A DNA stretch of 64,000 nucleotides. It comes from an uncultured Gammaproteobacteria bacterium (GTDB lineage: Bacteria; Patescibacteriota; Microgenomatia; UBA8517). The stretch lies in assembly GCA_964524515.1 (NCBI GenBank), contig CAZGEA010000001.1, positions 233,522 through 297,521 on the forward strand, written 5' to 3'. This document shows, one piece after another, positions 58,635 through 64,000 of the stretch. The number at the start of each line of letters is the position of its first letter. Position 1 is the stretch's first letter. The position numbers and the translations under genes were made by a program. The notes under the pieces are model-generated. The model did no database searches. It saw only the letters and a list, made by a program, of their open reading frames with translations, and was not told the DNA's origin.

Positions 58635-60684
58635 ATATATTTAACTCATTTATAACCCATGAAGCAAAATTATGAGTTCCAATTTGTTCAATTCTTAAAT
58701 ATCTATATTTTTCAGGTTTCATGTATATATTTATAATGCCACTTGTATCAGGTTGTATTGCTTTTGAATAATAAACTTCTTTCCAATTAATTTTATCATT
58801 CGATAAACTAATTCTATAGCCAACTTTATCCTGATTGGAATTATTATAGGAGTCAATTTGAATATGAGCAATCGCCATTTTATCTTTAAAATCAATATCA
58901 AGATATTGATAATTTGAATATGGAAGCTGTGAATCCCAAAATGTCTCTCTTTTTGCGTCACTTAAAAACTTTATGTTTACCTTATTTAATGTTGAAGTCA
59001 CGATATAATTCTTTATCTTCCTCTCATTTGATAAATACCCCTTCAATCTACCCCTTATTTCACTAGTTGTATCAAATACTTCATTAAGCTGACTATCATA
59101 TCGAAAAGAATAAATAAAATTCATATCAATATTTTTATTCTTCACCATTTTTGCCAAATCATCAAAAACTCTATAGTATCCAAAACTTTTACCATCAATC
59201 TCCTTATAATCTTGGCTTTCAATATCCCATAAATAGTAATTATCAAAAAATTTACCGGAAAGATTTAATCTTGATTGATTATAAACCATAAATGTATGTC
59301 CAAAGCCTGACTGAAAAGGTAATATTTTATCCTTTTCAGCCAAACCATAATATGATTTATCACTTTCACTATACAAAATAAAATCATTTTGGTTATCAGG
59401 AATAATCAAAGAAGCTTTTCTCAAAATTTCAATTCGCTTTTTAGCATCACTATTTAACATATTAAAATAATTCTGAGTTAAAAATAAATTAAATACAAAA
59501 AATAATATTAAAAAAATATTCAATACTTTTCCCTTACTAAAAATTATTGGCAATATCATCGCCATCCCAATATTCAAAAAATATAAGTTACGTGAATCAA
59601 AATATACACTAAATCCATAAACCCCTGGTGATAACGAATATATAAAACTATTTAAAACAATAAAAACCAATCCGATCATTAGTATTAACTTATTATTCTT
59701 ATCGCTTGTCTCACAATATCTCGTTTTAAAAATTAAATAAAATATAAAATTTATAACAATAACAAGAGATACTGATATAACATTTTCTGAATATCTATCA
59801 AAACTTGTAGTTCCAATTCCTCCAGTTATTTTATTAGGAATTAAAGAGGTAATTTTGTTTGAAAAATAAATTAAACCATTTGAACTTAATATTAATTGAG
59901 GTACCACCTTAAACGGCGAAGTAAGCATATTAAGTATTAATGTTTGCGTACTTTGGGTTTGAGTTACAATTTGCTTATCATTTGTAGCTTGGTGAGGTAA
60001 AAATAAAGCAAAAACTCTAAATATACTGTAAATTAAAAATGATATAAAAATAAATTTAAAAACATATATTTTATATTGCTTCTTATTTGAGAAAAAAAGA
60101 TAAAATAAATAAACAATAAACATTCCAATTGATATTTCTTTAAAAAGAAGAGAAGCAAAAAGAAAAAAAACAGAAACTAATAAATCCTTTTTATTTTCAG
60201 AAGAAAATGATTTTATAAAAAAAATGAATGAGAAAATTGCAAAAATTACTGCTCCATGTGTGTTTAAATCTGTAACAACCCAAGTTGTAGCTTGAATACC
60301 CGATGCAGAAATACCAAAAATAAATGCAACTATCAATGAATATTTTTCACTATTAGATAGCTCACGCGCCAATAAATAAACTAAGCAAGTAATAATTATA
60401 TGAAAGATAATACTCACAAGTGCCCAAGGGAAATAGTTAACTTTAAATATTCCAAATAAAAAATCAAAAACCAAATCACGTAGTGGAGTGTAATGTCCAA
60501 TCTTTGGGTAAAAAAAATTAGCAATTCTATTTATAAAAGGTAGCGACTGATTCAAATAACCAGATCCAAAGGCCTGCCATTCATCTTGTTGATAGAACCC
60601 CTTAAAAAGGGGCAGATAACATACAACAATTACAAATAAAATTAATAAAATAAACTTATTTTTTTTAAAAAATTGCCACCTCAT
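58618..60684 (-). CDS. Giant (688 aa) GT-C-like membrane protein with a C-terminal discoidin-like (F5/8 type C) carbohydrate-binding domain
   Basis: TM1 then the FYQQDEWQAFG (DE) loop and about 11 helices. The C-terminus YQYLDIDFKDKMAIAHIQID...YRISLSNDKINWKEVYY...YRYLRIEQIGTHNFASWVINELNIYEA matches the discoidin pattern (W..V, S.DG.nW, R...~ E..vy). Confidence 0.5.
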   Translation of the reverse strand: MRWQFFKKNKFILLILFVIVVCYLPLFKGFYQQDEWQAFGSGYLNQSLPFINRIANFFYPKIGHYTPLRDLVFDFLFGIFKVNYFPWALVSIIFHIIITCLVYLLARELSNSEKYSLIVAFIFGISASGIQATTWVVTDLNTHGAVIFAIFSFIFFIKSFSSENKKDLLVSVFFLFASLLFKEISIGMFIVYLFYLFFSNKKQYKIYVFKFIFISFLIYSIFRVFALFLPHQATNDKQIVTQTQSTQTLILNMLTSPFKVVPQLILSSNGLIYFSNKITSLIPNKITGGIGTTSFDRYSENVISVSLVIVINFIFYLIFKTRYCETSDKNNKLILMIGLVFIVLNSFIYSLSPGVYGFSVYFDSRNLYFLNIGMAMILPIIFSKGKVLNIFLILFFVFNLFLTQNYFNMLNSDAKKRIEILRKASLIIPDNQNDFILYSESDKSYYGLAEKDKILPFQSGFGHTFMVYNQSRLNLSGKFFDNYYLWDIESQDYKEIDGKSFGYYRVFDDLAKMVKNKNIDMNFIYSFRYDSQLNEVFDTTSEIRGRLKGYLSNERKIKNYIVTSTLNKVNIKFLSDAKRETFWDSQLPYSNYQYLDIDFKDKMAIAHIQIDSYNNSNQDKVGYRISLSNDKINWKEVYYSKAIQPDTSGIINIYMKPEKYRYLRIEQIGTHNFASWVINELNIYEAKD

Positions 60685-61673
60685 TTAATAAAATTCGCCA
60701 AAAATTTTCTCCCCCCTTGAGATGTCAAAAATACATACATTATTACATTCGTTGTTATCCACACTACAATCGGTTCATACAATCCCAGTATTGTTCTGTG
60801 TTTAATCGATCTGAATATTCCATAAAACAAAGGTCCAATAATTGTCTCAGAATACAGTACCCACAATGCCAATTTAAAAATCGATTTTTTGTCTGATGTA
60901 TCTATCCATGTCCAATATCTTTTTTCATTTTTCACAAAAAAAGTTTTCTTAAGATTTCTAACTCTTTTATCAATCATAGTTTTAATGTCTGGAACAGTCA
61001 GATGATGCAAACCAGCGGATTTAACATACGCATATTTATCAAAACCTTTATTTAAAAGTATTACTAAATTATCAAGTTCATAAAACCTTTTTCTTTTTGA
61101 AATCTCATCAATCGACAGTATTTGTTTAGTTCTAAAAACACACAAACCCATTGATAAAATATTATTTTTATTAAATATCATCAAATCGTATCCATTTCTT
61201 TTTTCCGTTATTAATGACTCTACACTTGGAGTTAAATAAACAAACAAAGGGTCTCTTTGTATAGGATCAAGAGTTAAATATTTATTAAGCAATGGGTCAC
61301 TTTTATAAGAAACAAAACCTGTAGTAGAAGCTATGAGTGTTTTATCATTTTCAAGAGGTTCCACCATCTTCTTAATCCAGTATGAAGTAGGTAAATCTAT
61401 ATCTGCATCAAGGTATGTATAATATTTTCCACTTGCTCTCTTTAAAGAAATCATCTTTGCTGTTAGATAATCATTTTCTTTGTTCTTAATTATCTTTACA
61501 AATTTATATTTCCTGGCAATTTCAATTGTCCCATCAATACATCCATTATCCACAACAAAAACTTCGATTTTGCCACTATATTTTTGCTTTTTAATTGAGT
61601 CAAGACAATTCGCAATATTTTTTTCTTCGTTATATACAGGAATAGAAATAGTAATAGAAGGCATTCTTTTCAT
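60681..61673 (-). CDS. GT2 polyprenyl-phosphate sugar synthase-like (GtrB/DPM1-like: GT-A domain plus C-terminal TM helices). The start is trimmed to the MKRM methionine, which removes a 68-nt overlap.
   Basis: ITISIPVYNEEKNIANCLDSI...VFVVDNGCIDGT, and a C-terminal LALWVLYSETIIGPLFYGIF...IVVWITTNVIMYVFL. Confidence 0.7.
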   Translation of the reverse strand: MKRMPSITISIPVYNEEKNIANCLDSIKKQKYSGKIEVFVVDNGCIDGTIEIARKYKFVKIIKNKENDYLTAKMISLKRASGKYYTYLDADIDLPTSYWIKKMVEPLENDKTLIASTTGFVSYKSDPLLNKYLTLDPIQRDPLFVYLTPSVESLITEKRNGYDLMIFNKNNILSMGLCVFRTKQILSIDEISKRKRFYELDNLVILLNKGFDKYAYVKSAGLHHLTVPDIKTMIDKRVRNLKKTFFVKNEKRYWTWIDTSDKKSIFKLALWVLYSETIIGPLFYGIFRSIKHRTILGLYEPIVVWITTNVIMYVFLTSQGGRKFLANFIK

Positions 61674-61674
61674 A

Positions 61675-62859
61675 TTATTCAAAATTAAACATAGTTGGAT
61701 AAATCTTTTTATAATAAAACTTATTATTAAGTTCAACTGCATTTAATTGATACTTTTTATAATTTGACATTATTTTTTTAATTGCAGCCACTAATTGAAT
61801 CGAACTATAGTAATCAATTACGATTCCCGCTTTGTGTTTCTTGATCACATTTGAAAACTCAATAATATTTGTTGTAATCACTGGTAAACCAAAATTAATA
61901 TATCTTTTTGGTTTTCCCGGATCAGTATAAAAAGAAACAGTTCCTGGCTCTGGCATATATGGTGCAATTCCAATATGACAATTTTTCAAAATTTTTTCAA
62001 ATTGACTTTCCTCAACATATCCATAAAACTTAACAGACAGTGGGCTATTCTTAGCACGCCTCTTAAAATATAACTCTTCAGGTCCAGAGCCAATTATTTC
62101 AAAACTAATATTTGGAAAGTTTTTATGAATTACTTCCTGATTATCAAAAATTATATCCAAACCTTGGCTTTTTTTAAGTACACCAATAAATCCAATTTTA
62201 ATTTTTTTATCGTGAACTTTCATGTTTGAATTAAAATTCGCTTCACCAGTTGCAATAGGAACAACTTTATAAATTCCCAACCTAGGAATTATATTTTCTC
62301 TTTTTCGAGGTAAAATCATTCTCTTGTGCAAGAAAAATGTATTATCAGAAAAAAGTGTAGCAAATTTATCAAATTGCCAATAAACTCTTCTCATCAAAAC
62401 AACAATTTTTTTCTCGTGATTAAATGGATAATAATCCCAAACCCAAAATAAAGTATTTTTTACAAGTCCGACTTTCTTAAGAAGAATTCCGATTGTCGCT
62501 GGAAAGGCATTAACAGTAAAATAGATATCAATTTTTCCGTATCTAATATAAACACTGGCAAAGGCCCAAAAAATCTGAACGAAAGTTAAAATTGATTTCA
62601 GCGGAAGTAAAAAAAATAAAAGTTTTTGAGAAATACTAAATTCATAAAAAGGAGTCTCTTTTTCCAAAATTCCATCTTTATATATTGCTAATTTATTTAT
62701 TTTCTTTTTGTTTCCTATCTGATAAAAACCAGCCAGAAACAAAAAGACATACTTATTATTCTCACGTAAATAATCCAATATTTTTCCGGAATTATCATAC
62801 GGAAAATAATTTACATAAAATACTTTTTTTACGGAAAAATCACTCTTATCTTTTTTCAT
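61675..62859 (-). CDS. Glycosyltransferase-like protein (GT-B-like C-terminal half, divergent)
   Basis: The C-terminal region IGIAPYMPEPGTVSFYTDPGKPKRYINFGLPVITTNIIEF resembles a GT-B donor-binding half. The N-terminus has no clear match. Confidence 0.45.
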   Translation of the reverse strand: MKKDKSDFSVKKVFYVNYFPYDNSGKILDYLRENNKYVFLFLAGFYQIGNKKKINKLAIYKDGILEKETPFYEFSISQKLLFFLLPLKSILTFVQIFWAFASVYIRYGKIDIYFTVNAFPATIGILLKKVGLVKNTLFWVWDYYPFNHEKKIVVLMRRVYWQFDKFATLFSDNTFFLHKRMILPRKRENIIPRLGIYKVVPIATGEANFNSNMKVHDKKIKIGFIGVLKKSQGLDIIFDNQEVIHKNFPNISFEIIGSGPEELYFKRRAKNSPLSVKFYGYVEESQFEKILKNCHIGIAPYMPEPGTVSFYTDPGKPKRYINFGLPVITTNIIEFSNVIKKHKAGIVIDYYSSIQLVAAIKKIMSNYKKYQLNAVELNNKFYYKKIYPTMFNFE

Positions 62860-63835
62860 TAATTAATTGAGGTAAATATAATTTTACTTGTTCCTCGATC
62901 CAGTTGTAAGTCTCTAATAATCCATCCTCAAGCGAAACTTGAGGTGTCCACCCCAAAACCCGATTTACCATTGTATTGTCAGAATTTCTACCCCTAACAC
63001 CTTGTGGCCCGTCTATGTGTTTTTTCTTAATTTTAATTCCAGCAATACTAGAAACAATATCTGCCAAATCATTTATGCTTACCATTCTGTCCTGCCCAAT
63101 ATTAAGAGGTTTATTGTAATCTGATTCCATAAACAGGTCTATTCCTTTTACACAATCATCAATGTAACAAAAAGATCTTGTTTGATTACCATCTCCCCAA
63201 ATTTCAATCTCTGGATTATTTGTCAATTTTGCAATTGCAACTTTCCTACAAAAGGCTGCAGGAACTTTTTCCCGACCGCCTCTCCATGTTCCCATTGGAC
63301 CAAATATATTGTGAAATCTTGCAACTCTCATCTCGATTCCATAATCATTCTGATAATATGTACACATCAATTCATGAATCAATTTTTCCCATCCATATGA
63401 ATCTTGAGGGGAAGCGGGAAAGGCGTCATCTTCTTTCAAAGGTGAAGGGTTCTCTGTCAATTGTTTAGATTCAGGATACACACATGCAGTTGAAGAATAA
63501 AAATACTTTTTAACACCATTTTCTCTACTGGCTTCAAGGGTATTTGTACTAATCATCATATTGTTATGAAAAATTAAAGAAAAATTATTTGATATAAAAC
63601 CCATTCCACCCATATCTGCTGCCAATGAATACACTTGATCAACTCCTTCAGTTGCCATCAAAGCATTTTCAAAATTACGCAAATCAAGAAGTAAAAATTC
63701 ATTTGAGTGATCTGCTGAAAATTCTGGTTTTTTAATATCAACTCCTCTAACCCAATAACCTTTATCTCTAAGAAATTTTACAAGATGGCTACCAATAAAA
63801 CCTCCTGCCCCAGTAACCAATACTTTCTTTTTCAT
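62846..63835 (-). CDS. NAD-dependent nucleotide-sugar epimerase/dehydratase (extended SDR)
   Basis: VLVTGAGGFIGSHLVKFL (Rossmann TGxxGxxG), the catalytic triad region STACVY ... YGWEK (YxxxK), and RFHNIFGP. Confidence 0.85.
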   Translation of the reverse strand: MKKKVLVTGAGGFIGSHLVKFLRDKGYWVRGVDIKKPEFSADHSNEFLLLDLRNFENALMATEGVDQVYSLAADMGGMGFISNNFSLIFHNNMMISTNTLEASRENGVKKYFYSSTACVYPESKQLTENPSPLKEDDAFPASPQDSYGWEKLIHELMCTYYQNDYGIEMRVARFHNIFGPMGTWRGGREKVPAAFCRKVAIAKLTNNPEIEIWGDGNQTRSFCYIDDCVKGIDLFMESDYNKPLNIGQDRMVSINDLADIVSSIAGIKIKKKHIDGPQGVRGRNSDNTMVNRVLGWTPQVSLEDGLLETYNWIEEQVKLYLPQLINEKR

Positions 63836-64000
63836 AATAGATTATTATCACAGATCCACGATTTCGTAAATTCAAAACCCTTTTTAAAACTAACTCTAGG
63901 CACAAAACCCAGTTCTTTTCTTGCTCTACTAACGTCAAAATAAAAATTAGATGTCATAGCTTTTACCCTTTTTGGATAAATTAGAGGTTTAACGCGAAAC
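63832..64000 (-). CDS. C-terminal end of a second extended-SDR nucleotide-sugar epimerase/dehydratase; the gene continues beyond the window and is absent from the ORF track
   Basis: Hand translation gives ...FRVKPLIYPKRVKAMTSNFYFDVSRARKELGFVPRVSFKKGFEFTKSWICDNNLL*. It has the typical SDR C-terminal D.skA...LG..P motif. The stop TGA overlaps the downstream ATG (ATGA). Confidence 0.55.
   Translation of the reverse strand, partial: FRVKPLIYPKRVKAMTSNFYFDVSRARKELGFVPRVSFKKGFEFTKSWICDNNLL

Noticed and set aside
860-63468. About 45 further short ORFs (60-182 aa) embedded antisense or out of frame within confidently identified genes. Examples: 860-1054, 4682-4867, 4821-5075, 6218-6400, 8078-8287, 10215-10550, 10837-11046, 11024-11374, 11950-12498, 12754-12990, 14786-14971, 15739-16011, 16116-16322, 16823-17053, 17225-17410, 17483-17728, 18271-18471, 20633-20842, 21263-21448, 23467-23709, 24305-24532, 25708-25917, 26947-27243, 30353-30868, 34595-34843, 36626-36901, 37812-38279, 38646-38837, 40664-40909, 41007-41210, 44185-44400, 48779-49015, 49041-49226, 49796-50008, 50342-50566, 52251-52475, 53963-54154, 54371-54646, 54637-54846, 58731-58961, 61480-61746, 62685-62870, 62939-63124, 63178-63468, 63182-63400
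   Set aside because: Each overlaps a longer ORF that has clear family motifs. AT-rich genomes generate many such open frames, and none shows a recognisable motif or its own RBS context.
1-64000. Possibility of an alternative genetic code (TGA as Gly or Trp), as in some candidate phyla
   Set aside because: TGA cleanly terminates many ORFs whose lengths match their families (for example the GT2 at 651-1526 and the ATGA junctions), and Trp is encoded by TGG within conserved motifs. Standard code 11 fits.
1-64000. CRISPR arrays, rRNA genes, integrases, transposases, prophage or toxin-antitoxin modules
   Set aside because: There are no spaced identical repeats beyond the two small repeat loci reported, and no Cas, integrase or transposase motifs in any ORF. 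The tRNA flank lacks att-like duplication.

Overview
This is an AT-rich (about 30% GC), gene-dense bacterial window (about 95% coding) that uses the standard genetic code: TGA terminates many full-length ORFs. The many 4-nt ATGA start/stop overlaps and compact protein versions (RecO of 181 aa) suggest a reduced-genome, uncultivated lineage, possibly CPR/Patescibacteria-like, but that is inference only.

The window has three parts. (1) 1-9.9 kb: two GT2 glycosyltransferases, a secreted lectin-like/C39-like peptidase fusion protein, tRNA-Val(CAC), lepB, an orphan ParB-like gene, rpmA, rplU, a SEDS protein and ileS. (2) 9.9-25.4 kb: a remodelled division/cell-wall (dcw) cluster on the minus strand, mraZ-rsmH-ftsL-ftsI-[GlmU-N-like nucleotidyltransferase]-[PHP]-ddl ... 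mraY-ftsW-murG-ftsQ-ftsA-ftsZ. It is interrupted by a plus-strand island encoding an alpha/beta hydrolase and a membrane-anchored MurF-like Mur ligase. Upstream of mraZ, on the same strand, lie a secreted protein, a DUF2130-like Zn-ribbon/coiled-coil protein, recO and a large DUF4012-like membrane-anchored protein. (3) 30-64 kb: a roughly 34-kb, almost entirely co-directional surface-glycan biosynthesis array. It has a PglC-like initiating phosphoglycosyltransferase, a ManC-like nucleotidyltransferase, about 7 GT4 and 6 GT2/GT-A enzymes, an LbH acetyltransferase, a Zn-ribbon SAM methyltransferase, Wzy-like and Wzx-like proteins and two SDR epimerases. It also carries an unusual number (about 8) of GT-C-like polytopic membrane proteins, four of them giant (624-1010 aa) and consecutive, one with a C-terminal discoidin-like domain, next to GtrB-like GT2 and GtrA-like small membrane proteins.

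That array looks like an expanded polyprenyl-phosphate-sugar-dependent extracytoplasmic glycosylation system and is the most likely candidate for an undescribed system in this window. I found no CRISPR array, rRNA gene, integrase or transposase.
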